Below are positions 25,901 through 38,940 of a stretch of DNA of 57,325 nucleotides, piece after piece. The DNA is taken from the NCBI GenBank assembly GCA_003427395.1, contig BFEA01000018.1, positions 3,499,743 through 3,557,067 on the forward strand, read 5' to 3'. Source of the stretch: Chara braunii (Eukaryota > Plantae > Charophyceae). The translations under genes and the position numbers were made by a program. Position 1 is the first letter of the stretch, and every line of letters begins with the position of its first letter. The notes under the pieces are model-generated. The model was given only the letters and a program-made list of their open reading frames with translations. It was not told the DNA's origin and searched no databases.

Positions 25901-26240
25901 GCCTCAGGTAAGTCAGAATGATGTTGTTGTTGTTGTGTTCGGGTTGTTCGGCTTTTTAGGCTATGAAGCTACTGTTGTTTAAACTAGCTCAGAAAGGGGA
26001 CTGCAGGGCAAGGACCTAAGTGGCCGAGTACGCCCTAGTTAAGGACTCCCCATCTGAAGCATAAGCAAACCTGACTGAGGCTGTCAGAGGTTCTCAACCG
26101 GGTTGAATTGTGGGGTCCCCGGCCCCGAATCGATTTTTGGAAGAGACAATTTTGCTTTGGAAAAAAAAAGAAAAAAAAAGGAAAAAAAAAAAGAATGATG
26201 TTGTTCTGTTCATCTGACGTAATCTGGATTCAAACTGGGG

Positions 26241-26696
26241 TCTATGAAGATCATCTCTTTTTTTTCTAGCAAATCCTTGTTTTTTCGAAGCATCCTGTAT
26301 TTCAGCAGATAAAGATTGATCTAAACTTATGTTTTTTTTTGTCAAACGTCGTCTCCACAAGGCGCCTTCAAGAATCCACCGAAGAGCTAAGGTTTCTTGA
26401 CGACTCTTTGGTATAATGGACTTCTAAAATAGGTTTGACATTTTCAATCGCGTTAACAAAATGCGTGATTACATTCATAGACAAGTTCTCATTAGCTAGA
26501 CAATAGAAAGTTTTATAAACAATAGCACNAGATTTTGTTTTTTTCCCATGAATCATACAAATGTTGATAAATTTGTGTATCAATTGTTGTACCTTGCAAT
26601 TCTCTAAAATCAAAGGCTCGAAGAGCGAGACTTGTGAGATTTTTCGGTTCATATTTCAATTTGGGGTTTTTTGGTACCATATTTTGATCTGCCTCG
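26241..26696 (-). pseudogene. rps7: NUMT: 3' end of mitochondrial rps12 plus disrupted rps7
   Basis: RGRSKYGTKKP (rps12 C-terminus), ATGA overlap at 26649-26652, FINICMIHGKKTKS, AIENVKP, RQETLALRWIL, SLDQSLSAEIQDASKKQGFARKKRDDLH. AT-rich; internal deletion with frameshift near 26418. Confidence 0.9.
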
Positions 26697-27053
26697 CAAA
26701 ATACGGGGATGACTTGTGGCTAGGGGTAAATAAAGAAAGAGTAAGAATCAATCGTCCGAGTATTGATTCTTCAGCGTATTTTACGCTTCATGCCTTTTGC
26801 CCCATAGGCGCGTGAGCACTTATAGAAAAACTGGCTCATTTGCCATATGGGCCTCGCCGCACTACTCACGAAATGCAATGCACAAAAGACAAAAAATGAT
26901 GCTGGTGCATCTTCCCGTTATCTAGAGGAAGATTCATTCTCATTTTGTACATTTTGTTTGGTGAGCAATGCGGCGAGGCACTTCAATGTGGTTGGTTTAC
27001 CCACCAACGACACGTCGTGTGGGCAGAGACACGAATGCCACCCCGTGACCCCG

Positions 27054-27229
27054 GTGCCACATCACTGTTTGCACGGGACCTGGAAGGCCAGCCCATGGCT
27101 TTTCTGCATGGACACGTTCCACACACATGGGGCCTCGCTCAGTGCCACATCACTGTTTGCGCCGGACCTGGAAGGCCAGCCCATGGCTTTTCTGCATGGA
27201 CACGTTCCACACACATGGGGCCTCGCTCA
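27054..27229. repeat. 88-bp tandem duplication ending in a MITE TIR
   Basis: GTGCCACATCACTGTTTGC at 27054 and 27142. Confidence 0.9.
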
Positions 27230-27758
27230 CTACTCCCGAAATGTGCAAAACGAGAGTGAATCATCCGGTAGAACATGGAAAGATAACACCACCATGATTT
27301 TTGTCTTTTGCGCATGTCAAGCGTAGTGGAGCGAGGCCCATGCATTTTCTTCATTCCCTGATCCTCGATCATCCACTTCGATTGGCGGATGTTCCAGGAC
27401 GCCAAAATTGGGAACCTACACTGGCACTAAACAGACGCACACCAGGAAAGAAAAGAGAAGAAAAGAAAAGAAAAGAAGGGAAAGCCCGTGCAAACAGCAA
27501 CGTCTCCACGTGCGCCGCTGCACCCACAAGGCATGCATTGGCTGTAGCATGGCGATAGCTTGCACGCAATCGACCTTTCCCAAAAGATGAGAGGAAGGGT
27601 GGGTGTGGTCTTACAACGGGTTCATCTGTACAACAGAATGGACGATTACTGTGGGTCACTGTCATCTGTCAAGAATCCCGCCGTTTGGTTGAACGTGCAA
27701 CTCCCATGAGGGAGGTCGTGTGTTCGATCCTTGAGGTCGGATCATGTACGATAAAATT

Positions 27759-27759
<1 letters not shown>

Positions 27760-27825
<66 letters not shown>

Positions 27826-30800
27826 GAAAGTCGAGCTTTTTTTTCAATTGAACAATTAGATCAAGGCCGGGGACCTCACAATTCTACCCGGAGTTATCCT
27901 GGGGCCATTACCCAGTTTAGGCTTAGCTGAAAACCGGGTTCAGCGGCCCATCTTGCTCTTGCTAAAACCTTCCAAAAAAAAAACAGAATCAAGCTTGAAG
28001 CTCAACAACAAGGAAAGCTGATGACTACTTCTAGTTTATTTCCTGGATAAACCGTGACCTGCAAGGATTAAAGCCTTTCAAATAAACTACAAGAGAAAAA
28101 CAGAAAAACTTCTACCAGTGAGTACCTTGAAAAGTAAACTCAATCTTTAAACTTTTTAAAATTAGGTCTAATACGACCTCACCAGTTCTCTACAAGCTCC
28201 TCTATTGCACCCACCTCAGTCCTCTTGGCTCTGAAGCCAAGGAGATATAGAGAAAGATCCCTCTGGGCTAACTGTCACCCATTTACTGGCTGCACCCCAT
28301 GTTCGTTGGAACCACAGTAGGTTCCTAGCTCCAGGCAAACGGCGCTGAGTCCAGTCTGCAGTTATAGTAAGCCTTAATTTGTTCTTCAGCAGTGCCTTCT
28401 GATGAGGAAGGGAGAAAATTTCCCCCTTAAATACTTTTGCGTTCCGAGCTGTCCAGATAACCTCCAGTAATGCCCCTCGACAACACAGTGCCACATACCC
28501 TATACCTGCAGATAGACCGACTCCTGAGGGGGGAAGGCCTGTAAGCCACCAAGTATCTGTCCACGGCATTTCCTGATCATACAGGAGGTGCCAACGTCTC
28601 TTCCACCATTCCAATAAACCGTCTAGGAGCGGGCAGAAGAGCCAGAGGTGCGCTTGGTCTTCCCAACCCCAGTTACAGCGTTGACAGATAGGGAAGACCT
28701 CCATTCCCTTAGCAGATAACCAAGATGCAGTAGCAGTCACAAAAAGGGACTGCAACCAGATGATTGCTGCCTGCTTCTGTGAAGGCAGCTTCTTCAGGGC
28801 GATCCATAAGATCATCAGATTATGCTCTGACACCCCTGAAAGTTGCTGCTGTTCAGCTCTCTTAAGAGCCAGAGCTGTCGGTTTTAGCTTTGACTGGGTA
28901 CACTGGAACTCCACACCTGTTTTTGAGTTATACTGGCACAGAGGAGTAAAAGAATTATTGGACTTCAGCCCCTTCCAACCAAACAGGAGTGGTTCCACCC
29001 GATAGGTGGCTGCATTTCTCCCCAGCAAGGCCGTGGCTTTCCCCTTCCCATCTTCCTGGTACAGAACTCGGACCTCTTCGAGCTCAGACGTATATGGAAC
29101 CACTTGTTCTCCTGTCTCGCGTAATTGCCCCTTAGTCTGCAAGATCGAAGACAGAGACCAAGTCTGTACCTTGGTACCTTGATCTGGAGCAGGGCCCAAG
29201 ACTCTCCAGATCTCATTAGGATGATTGGGAGATCTAATCCATGTGTTCTGCGCATTCTCTGAATCGGATTGTAACAGGTAAGCCCATGCTTGTGGAATAG
29301 CTTCCAGTAACAGTTGAAAGTTTCTTGAAAGGTTATGTACCCTAGGAAGCTTCCTTCGCAGAGCCTCCTCGTTAATCCAGTCCGAGAGGACTGGATCCCA
29401 AATGTCTTTAACTTGCAGTACGCCTTTCTTGACCCACGTGTTTCCAAAGTTTAAGTCTCCTCCCTTAGCTGTAAAGGGAGACCCATTCTGCTGCATAATA
29501 TGGGGGTTATCAAATAGAATCTGATTCAGGCATTCCTTTTTTGTCTGAGGCGGTCTCCACTCTGTAGGCTTCAGTTTGTTCCAAGCATACACAATGTTAC
29601 GCCAGATTCTTGACTGAGGGCGACGCTGGGAAAAGGACGGCATCATAAGGCAGACCGACAGTTTAGTAGTATCCTCCAGTCCCCATTCGCTGCCTAAGAT
29701 ATATTCTGCGAGCCTCATCCAGATTGTCCACTCTTCCCCAACCATGGCTTGGACTGGCCACTTAGACAATAAAGCAAGGTTTTGCTTCAATGGGTCCAAA
29801 ACCCCCAAACCTCCTTGGCTGCGCGGCCTGGCTATTGCCTCCCATGCCACCTTGGAGATAAACCCTTGTTCTTCTGAAGCAGAAGGTTTCCATGGGTATC
29901 TTGCTGCAACCCTCTTAATCTTCTTGTATGCTTCCTCTCCTAGCAAACAAATCGCCATAGGGAACCAGAGAGTCGAAAAAGCAGCAGCGGAAAGGACCAG
30001 CGCCCTGCCAAACAAGGAAAGAGTATGCCTTCTTTCCCACTTCGCTATCCTCGTCGAAGCTTTCCCCACCAATATATTATCCTGAGTTGAAGAACAATCA
30101 GACAGAGACACCTGTATTCCCAGGAACCTGTCCGAGGAGTTAAAATGCGGCGCAGGCCCCACTCCACACACAGCTCGAATTGGGGGGGAAGAAAAAACAC
30201 AGATTTGTCCCAATTTATTGAGGCTTCCAATAGTTCACAATACGTATCTATAATCTTACGTAATTCTTACAGGCAATCCGAAGAGTTCACACAGGCCACG
30301 GTTAAGTCATCAGCAATGGCACCCACCTTCCAATGTAGGGAAGGGGGGGCTCTTAGGCCTTCAATAACACTATTAGCCCGGATATTATCCAATAATACAT
30401 CCAGTTGAAGAACGAAAATCAATGGGGCCAGGGGGCAACCTTGCCGCAATGAGCGGGTCAAAGTGAATTCTTTAGAAAGCTTACCATTTACAACCACAGA
30501 GGCTGTTGCACTCGCATACAAAGCTTTAATCCAAGTGCAAAACTTGGGGCCAAACCCCAGCCTTAGTAGAGTTGTGTTTACGAAAGCCCAGCCAACCTTG
30601 TCATAAGCTTTCTCCATATCGAGCATTAGGATGGCCAGGTTTCTTCTCTCTTTTCCAATAATTTCGAGGGCCTAAATTGTAGTTAGAATGTTTTCGAATA
30701 TCGACCTCCCCTTAACAAAAGCGCCCTGTTCCATCCCTACCAAAGAGGGGAGAATCTCAGCAAGTTTAATTGCAAGGATTTTCCCTAACAATTTATTGGT

Positions 30801-30985
30801 CACATTCAGGATTGAAATCGGTCGCCAATTGCAAACCTCCCTTTTGTCCCCTTTTTTGTAAAGAAGAGAAATCACTCCTCGAACCATCCCATTAGGTAAC
30901 GAACCTGTCGAGATGACTCTGTTATAGACTTCGCACAGAAAAGGGGCGAAGGCTTCCCATGCGGAGAGAAAGAGTTCAATGTTCT
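27760..30985 (-). mobile_element. 5'-truncated L1-clade LINE (ORF2 RT plus zf-RVT, 3' UTR, poly-A)
   Basis: NWRPISILN, QGAFVKGR, LDMEKAYDKV, LRQGCPLAP, AIADD, CQRC..EDQAHLWLFCP; poly-A tail seen as T-run 27760-27823; few disruptions. Confidence 0.95.
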
Positions 30986-31314
30986 GTGGAAAGATAGTAT
31001 CTAGTCCTACCAGTAGGAGCGGCACATGGGAACTCACCCATTTTTTCAATTATGAATAATTTTTGTAATGAACACAGGCATGTCATCCAATCATGTTGCA
31101 GATAACAATGTCGTGCAATGTCGTGAGATAATCAATCCAACAAGTCCATGTGTTCGAAGTCATCAAAGTACATGTTTCCTCATTACCACGTGTATGTCTC
31201 AAAGTCCACAGTATCCAGAAAAGGAGAGGAGGGGAAAATAGACAACAGGAAGAAGAAGTGTAATGCCCTCTTCTCCTTCAGGGTCCCCACCTCTGCCACG
31301 TCAGCAATATGCAC

Positions 31315-32670
31315 CATACTTGCGGCGCATCCCATGCGCGCCACTCGCGCACATGCGGCGCACTGCGCATTGCGCACGTGGCGCGCGCATGGGCAAAATT
31401 CGGGATCAGCCAAAAAAAAAAAAAGTCGGGGAGGGGGTGAATCAAAGTTCCGACGCCCAGCCAAAATTAGGACATTGCCCGCGCAATTTTTTTTCAAGGC
31501 CGCGCGGCCCCAAAATCTGTGTGTGTTGTCATGTTTGTTGTACACAACTTCATGCTATCCTCAGTGTATCTGAGCCCTTTCAGAGGTCCAATACGGTCAT
31601 GATGAGGACGCGTCTGTGGAACCGTTGCTTTCGGCTCATTACTTCCAGGTATAGAAAACGACAGAACTGACCGTTGTGTTTTATTGGTGCTTTCGCTTAA
31701 AAAAAAAAAAAAAAAGAGAAAGAGAACTTCCGTGACAAGTTGAAAACCAACAACGTGGAAACACGCAGTAGCTATACACATGCACAAACGACAAAAAATA
31801 TGGCGATGTATCTTTCCATGTTCTAGTGAAAGATTCATTCTAATTTTGCACAAATTGGAGAGTAGTCGAGTGAGGCCCTATTACAACTTACTTGCCGCCA
31901 GAATCCGTAGGGCCTCTCTCAACTACACGTCCGTTGTAGTGCCTCTGTCACATGAGGGCTGCAAGTAAGCTTCAAGTCCAGCTGTAGTCCGGTGCGATGC
32001 AAGGGCCTTGTTCCACAAAAGACAAAAAATATGGCGGTGTATCTTTCCATGTTGTAGCGGAAGATTCATTCTCATTTTGCACATTTGGAGAGTGGTGGAG
32101 CGAGGCCCCAGGCTACCGTTGTATGGCCCTCGCTCCACCCATCTCCAAATGTGCAAAATGAGAATGAAATTCAATGAATCTTCCGCTAGAACATGGAAAG
32201 ATACACCACCATATTTTGGTCTTTTGTGCATGTGGAGAGCAGTGGAGGGGGGCCTTGTCAGTGAACAGGCTGTAACTGTTTCCCAAATAAGACAAAAACA
32301 AATAAGATAAAAAAGAAGGAAAAGCAACGGGCCTATCGGGCTGAACGAAACGCCCTCTGTCGAGAATCCATAGTGTCCGATGATACAGGCGTTTTGTTCG
32401 GTCCGATTGTGTCAGGAGAATGGTGTCGTGGCACAGCAGACAAACGCTTGTATCAACAACACACACACACACACACACACATACACACACACAAAAAAAA
32501 AAAAGAAAAAAAAAAGAAAGGCACATCCGCAGATGCGCTGGCATGGGGGTCACTCGGCCGCACTCCAGCGCACTGCCCGTGCGCGCTCAGTGCACGCGGT
32601 GCGCATGTGCGCACCCATCACCCGGGAGCACATGGCGCACGGCGCACCGCTTAAGTGCGCCGCAAGTATG
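31315..32670. mobile_element. Non-autonomous hAT-type DNA transposon inserted in the 3' LTR
   Basis: Perfect 15-bp TIR CATACTTGCGGCGCA (31315-31329 / 32656-32670), 8-bp TSD ATATGCAC (31307-31314, 32671-32678), GCGC-rich subtermini; absent from the other LTR. Confidence 0.92.
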
Positions 32671-35600
32671 ATATGCACTCAATGTGCCACGTTAGCACTC
32701 CGTAATCAATATGCCACGTCAACGTCAGCGATATGCACACAATGTGCCACGTCAGCAATATGCACTCAGTGTGCCACGTCACCACTCCATGCAACACATG
32801 GACGATGTGGAAGCAGCCCCTCGCAGATAAACGATCCTCCAACAGTGAGCAGAACCGTCAGCAGCTTCACATTTGAAGAAACCAGGTACATATGCACGAC
32901 AACTCACATCACCCACACTCTCCCTCTCCCTCTCCTCATTCTCTTGCCATCATCTATGGCCGTGACCGTAGCCGTCCTCTCCCTCTCTCTATACTATAGT
33001 GTCTGGTTGGCGCCCATCCGGCAGCCTGGTGCCAGCACCTCCTCTCAAGTCTCGAGTGCAGCGTCATAGCCGCAAGCAACTCGCAAGAGTGAAATCCCCA
33101 GCAGTGGCAAGGTCAACTTCATATAGTGAGGGGCCGCCTGTCCAACGTCAGCATTGGCCCAAGTGAGGGCCCGGATCCTCCAATTTGTCGCAGTTTCAGT
33201 TTGGACTCCTTGAGGCCTGAATCTTCCGGAACCTGCAGACCACTGTTGGATCATTCCAGATCAATGGCCAGGAAATCTTAGTGTGTTGACTTGACTTCTC
33301 AGATTTGGGTCTGGGTCCACGAGCTGACTGTTGACTTTTTGGTCAATGTCGGCCTGGGCCTTTTCCAAGGCCTGTTTGACCCCTTTTTTTTCCAGGCCTG
33401 CCCGTTCGTGCCTGTCTATGGGCTTGACGAGAGCCCAGCGGCTCAATTTGGCACACGAGATACCGCATTCCATCCGGCCCGATTTCTAGTTTCATCGCAG
33501 AAATTTCTTTTCAGGCCTGGATTTTTAAACTTCACTCGTATGTGGAGAGAATATTAGGAGCAGTAGGTAAGAGTTCTCTTTTACTAAACCAGCAAGCTTC
33601 AGACAATGGTTGATTGGAAAACTTTACCTTCTATTGCTTCTGAGGTCTTCCTCTAGCTCCACTGGAGAAAAACCCATGTTCAATGATTTTCTCCACTTGG
33701 TACCCGACATCCATTGAAGGAGGAATCGAAGATGGTCTATTGGGGAATTCCTGTCCTTCAGCATAGGTGGAAGACTGGGTAGGTCTTTAGAGGAGGGGGA
33801 ATATCAATTTGGTGGGATGGTCCACCGGCGTCCCCTATTACTTTAAGTACTTCGAGGGTCCATCGTAGACGGGTAGCAATTTCTGCGAGGCATTTTTCTC
33901 AAGTGAGAATTCGTTAGATTATACCCAAACCATATCTCCTTCTTGGAATTGCGCAGGCCTTCGATGTTTGTTTGCCTGTTCAATCATTTTCTGTTGGACT
34001 TCCTTTATATTCTCTTTTGCTTTTTGAACGTCTTGCTCATAGAAAACTGCAAACTCTCGCGTTTCTAGGGGCAGCTTCTGGATTTGATATCTTGTTAGGA
34101 GTCAATCGGTCTCAGAGATTGCCAACCTTTTTGCAATGCATTCAGTGTGTGTCCTGTAGAAGTGTGTACGCTATTAATGTATGCACTTGCAATTTTGGGA
34201 AGATTTTCATCCCAGTCAATCTGATCAGGTCGCACATACATATGTAGGAGTTGTTGGAACAACTTGTTTATGTGTTCAATTTGACTGTTAGTTTGAGGAT
34301 GTCGTCCTGAAGACGTAGTCATTCTGGTGCTGTAAGCTTCCATCATTTTTTATCATTGCTCGCTTGTAAATCGCATATCTTTGTTAGATACAATAGTCTT
34401 GGGAAATCCATATTCAAAAACCCATCACATCTGAAATTTTTGAATTACAAGCAGTTCTTGCTTCAACAGGCAAAAAAACAAACATAGCGTACTTAAAGGA
34501 TTGACCCACGATTATCATTACCTGATTGTTTCCATTTTTACTCTTCGTTAGGCTTATGAAGTCGATGGAAATAGACTCACACCTGGTCTTTCGGGAATTG
34601 GTAGTGGTCTTAGTTATCCCAAGGGACTCTCGTAGGATGGTTTGTTGCGCTGACACACAAGGCAAGTGTGTCATTTTTCATTCCTTGCCAAACAAAATGT
34701 TCTCGGACATTGGCAAAGGTCTTTTTAAACCCAAAGTGTACTTCAGTATCATGGCACTGACTAAGAATTAGACTCTTTATAGGTTCATTATGTGGAACAT
34801 AAATTCTTATTCATTACCATCAATAAAGAAAAGTGTTTGATTAGTCATTCAATAATCAGAGAAACTTCCCGGATTAGATTTTAGATTGTCTATAATAGGT
34901 TGCCAGATTTGGTCAGTGACGTATCCTTTTCTAATTTTATCCTTTAGTTCGTTTTCAATGTCTAAGTTAGTAACAATAATTCCAAAGAAGTCACTTCTTC
35001 TTCAGAGAGCATCGTCCAACACATTCTACTTTCCTTTTATGCTTTTCGGTTCAAAGTCATATGTGTCAATGATAGTTGATTATCTAGCAAGTTTATCAGT
35101 GAGATGGGGTTGTGTTTTGAGCCTCTTTTGAGTTTCATGATCTGAGTAAACTTTGAAGTGCCTACCTAAGAGGCAGTGCTTCCACGCCAGAAGAGTCTGC
35201 AACAATGCATGCAGTTATCTCTCGTAGGTTGAGTTAGCAACTTTTTTCTGAAGGAAGTCTGCAATACATAAACTCAGTTGGTCGATAACCTTTCCCATCA
35301 TTTTGCTGCAATACAGCCCTAATCGCATACTGACTTGCGTCAGTGGTCACGACAAAAGGTAAGGATGGGTCTGCAATTTTCAAAATAGGATAGTGAGTAA
35401 GTGCATTCTTCAACTTTTTAAACGCGGACTCACAATCTTTATCCTAAAGGCAGATTGTCTCTTTCTTCAAGAGTTTCCTCATTGGGGTAGCCATAGTGGA
35501 GAAGTTTCTGACGAACTTCCGGTAATAACTAGCCAATCCAAGGAAGGAACGAAATCCAGTTAGGGTCATATGTCTGAGGTACAAAACTTCAGACTTTGCG

Positions 35601-38600
35601 AATTCAGACCTCTTAAAGTTCAGTTTAAAGTTACCTTCTCTGAGTTTTTGTAGGATCAAACGCAGATGTTTATCGTGGTCTTCCAACGTTTTGTTGAATA
35701 CAAGTACGTCGTCAAGGTATACAACCACGAATTGATCCAACCAATCTCTAAATTATTCATTTATTAATCTCTGAAAGGTCGCGGGTGCTTGACTTAGGAG
35801 GTCATCAATTTGAGCGAGGGGTTCAACATTCTTGACAGTGACCACCTTCAACCCTCGATAGTCGATGCAGATTCGCAACTCCCCTTCCTTTTCGGGAACA
35901 AACAAAACAGGAGCCCCATAAGGAGACGAGACAGTTAGTTCATGTAGTTGCTTCCTTAGTTCGTCAAGTTCCTTCGGCAACATACGGTAGATTGGTCCTT
36001 GGGGAATCTTACTATCGGGAATAATTTCAATAGTATGTTTGACCTTTCTTTCAATTAACCCCGTTGGTTCCTTCTGCAGGCCCTTATATTCGTCGAGTAA
36101 TTTTTCAATAGCAGGAGGGTAGGAGGCGGAACATTTAGCGACAATCCTTACTAATAACATCATCACCCCCTGCGCCAACTTATTTTTCACGACCATCGAT
36201 CAAAATGCACGAAGACTTATACAAACATCATCACCCCCTGCGCCAACTTCTTTTTCACGACCATCGATCGAAATGCAGGAAGACTTATACAATAGAAATT
36301 CAAAACTGATTTGTGATACAGTTTGGTGGCTTTCAGTTCGTTATTCTCATTCTTGATTTTCACAAATTTTTCCTTATATCTTATCTTGGGGTTTGCTTCC
36401 TCATGCCAATCCATTCTCAAAATCATATCAATGGCAAATTCTTCTCAATTAGAAAGGTTACTTCATGCAAGATACGCTTACCTTCTTGTGTCTTGAAGTA
36501 ACACTTCACATTTTCCATACAAGGGGAAACTGTAATGGTACTCTGATCTGCCAAACATAGAGACAGTAGGCTTCGCTAGATTCTTTACTCACATACTCAA
36601 GTGCATTTTCTTTACAGCACCCTCGGATACGTAAGATCTAGTCGAGCCCGGGTCTAACAGAGCACTGGCATGTGTCCTAGTGATTTCTACGTCTGCAAGC
36701 ATTAACTCACCCTTAGACTTCACCTTCTTAGCCCATGAGCTTCGTAGGTTAATCAATTCAGTATGAAGCTCATCAAGGATCTCACTTAGAGGAACTATAC
36801 ACATCACAGGTTTAGGGCGATCTGAGTGAGGGGCCAGGGAAGAGACATCCTTTGCCCTAGGAGCTGAAGGGTGGAAAGTGGTTTCCGGCGCCGACTCTAC
36901 GTCTGCACCCTTCGACCAGTAGGAGCAGATGCTACTCCTACTGGTTGTTCCCTTTTGGGCTCCTAATCAAAGGACACCATGCTATTATGTGCCCCACCAT
37001 GCTGCACTTCAGGCACTGATGATTGTCTGTTCTCTCCCGCCATGTGTCTTGAGAAATGCCCATCTTCTCCCAAGGCCTCCCTGCACCTATTCCAGGATGA
37101 GTTGGAAAGGAACGTGGCCTCCTCCTATATTCATTTTCATTCCTATTATTGTTGTCACCCTTGCTGACAACTGTGGTGGTGACATCACCCTTTCCCGATT
37201 CGCCGCTTGCACTTCCTTGTCCCTCGCTTCCTTCGAGGGGCAACTTCTCCATTGTGTCGTCATCGAATACAACGAGAGTGTGGTCTTGCCTTTTTTGTCT
37301 CCACAAGACTTTTTTTTCCTGCCCACCGCCCATCTTTGTAACCCCAGCGTAAGGATTCTTGACCTGGGCGGTCATCTGTTGCAAAGCGAGATCTCGGAAC
37401 TGTCGGTAGTTGTAACCTGATTTAGCTTTCGCTACTAGTTGGCCATGGATTGGTTCTGGCAATGCACGTGAGTAGATGTACAGGACCTGGTCGTTGTGTA
37501 TATTCAGGCCGGGTACCTGCAACAAACGATCTACCTCACGAGAAAGCGCGCCAACAGACGTCCGGTGGCGCTAAGACAATGAAGTCAGTTGGTCGAACGC
37601 TTTGTCTGTTGTGGTCTTATCTAGGAATCGTTCTTATTTTCTTCATGAATTCCCTCAATGTCAATGTCTGTGCCCAATCCCCGATAAACTCAAACCCAGC
37701 AGCATTCGCTTCAGACAGTACTCATGCCTTGGTGTCTTCGCCAAGACATGAGGTGGTGAATGCCACCTGGCTTTCTTCTTCAACGGGGGTCGTCAAGCAA
37801 TAATTGAACTTCAACAATCCACAACAACAGGTGTTCTCCTTTCTTTCCGATAAATGTGAAAGGAAGCTTCATCTTCACTTTGTCCCTTCTTACTTCTTTC
37901 TTTGGAGTTTCTTCTTTGGGGGGTCTCTTCATTGCATCTCCCATTAGTTTCTTTTCTGGTTCAAGCTTTGGTTCTTCCTCAATTTTCTCTTGTTCTTCCC
38001 TAGCCATCGATTGCTTTTGCTTAACCGCATTGATCAACGTTGCTAACTGGGTAGAAAGCAGATTCTTATCGGCGATGACCTGATCTAGCTTTGTCTCCAA
38101 GTGAACCAGGTAGGACATCATATTTTGCATGAGAGTTGCAATGTCACTTCCTTCTTCTACTTGCACTTTGCTTCAGATTTCATTCATTTTCCTCTCTTTC
38201 TCTTCTTTCTTCTTTCTTTGCTGTTCAATAGATTCCTTCTTCTTCTTCTCTACTCGCAATGCTTCTTCCAACTGCTTGATGTTTTGGTCAATCTTTATTT
38301 AATTCCTGTATGTTTTCCCCGCTTGTTTCTCCTTCTTTCCTTTTTTCTTATTCTTCAATGTGTTGAACATTTCTGGTCAGCATTTCAGCGACAAATTGGT
38401 CCAGACTGTGACAGACCCTGGCTAAGACCAGGTTCATTTCTCCTGCCACACGGAGGAGATCAACTCCTGTCATAGCCTGGTCCAACTATTCCTCGAAACT
38501 GCGCAGATCAAACTGGCTCCAGACATGGGCTTCTGCATCCGGGCCAGCCGCATGGATTTCAATCAGGGCCTACTACAATTCCAACTTTTCTCGGTCCCTG

Positions 38601-38842
38601 CGGACGTTTACTTGCCCGTGTGTACGTTCTTCATCTGCATACAACGTCAGTGAGACCAGGTGGAGAAACAAGGGAATGCACTTTGTCAATCCAGACACCT
38701 GCGCGCTGCGCCATAAGGAAGCCATCCTTAGAGATACCGCATAATCAGACTATACAATTATCTGTTCCGCAATCTCATCAGGAATTCAGAACAACAAAAA
38801 GAAAATAAATAAAATCCAATAATAATTATCAATGTCTTGATC

Positions 38843-38940
38843 TTTTTTTTTTTTTTTTTAAACGGGCCCAGTGCCCAAGGCTGATATTATCAACAAGAAG
38901 CTTGAGGCCGGGGTCCTCACAGTCTACCCGGAGTGACCAA
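38843..38940 (-). mobile_element. ~100-bp 5'-truncated LINE tail with poly-A and TSD
   Basis: TSD ATCAATGTCTTGATC (38828-38842) / ATCAATGCCTTAATC (38941-38955); shares the CCGGG..CCCGG tail motif of the L1 at ~27865. Confidence 0.8.
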
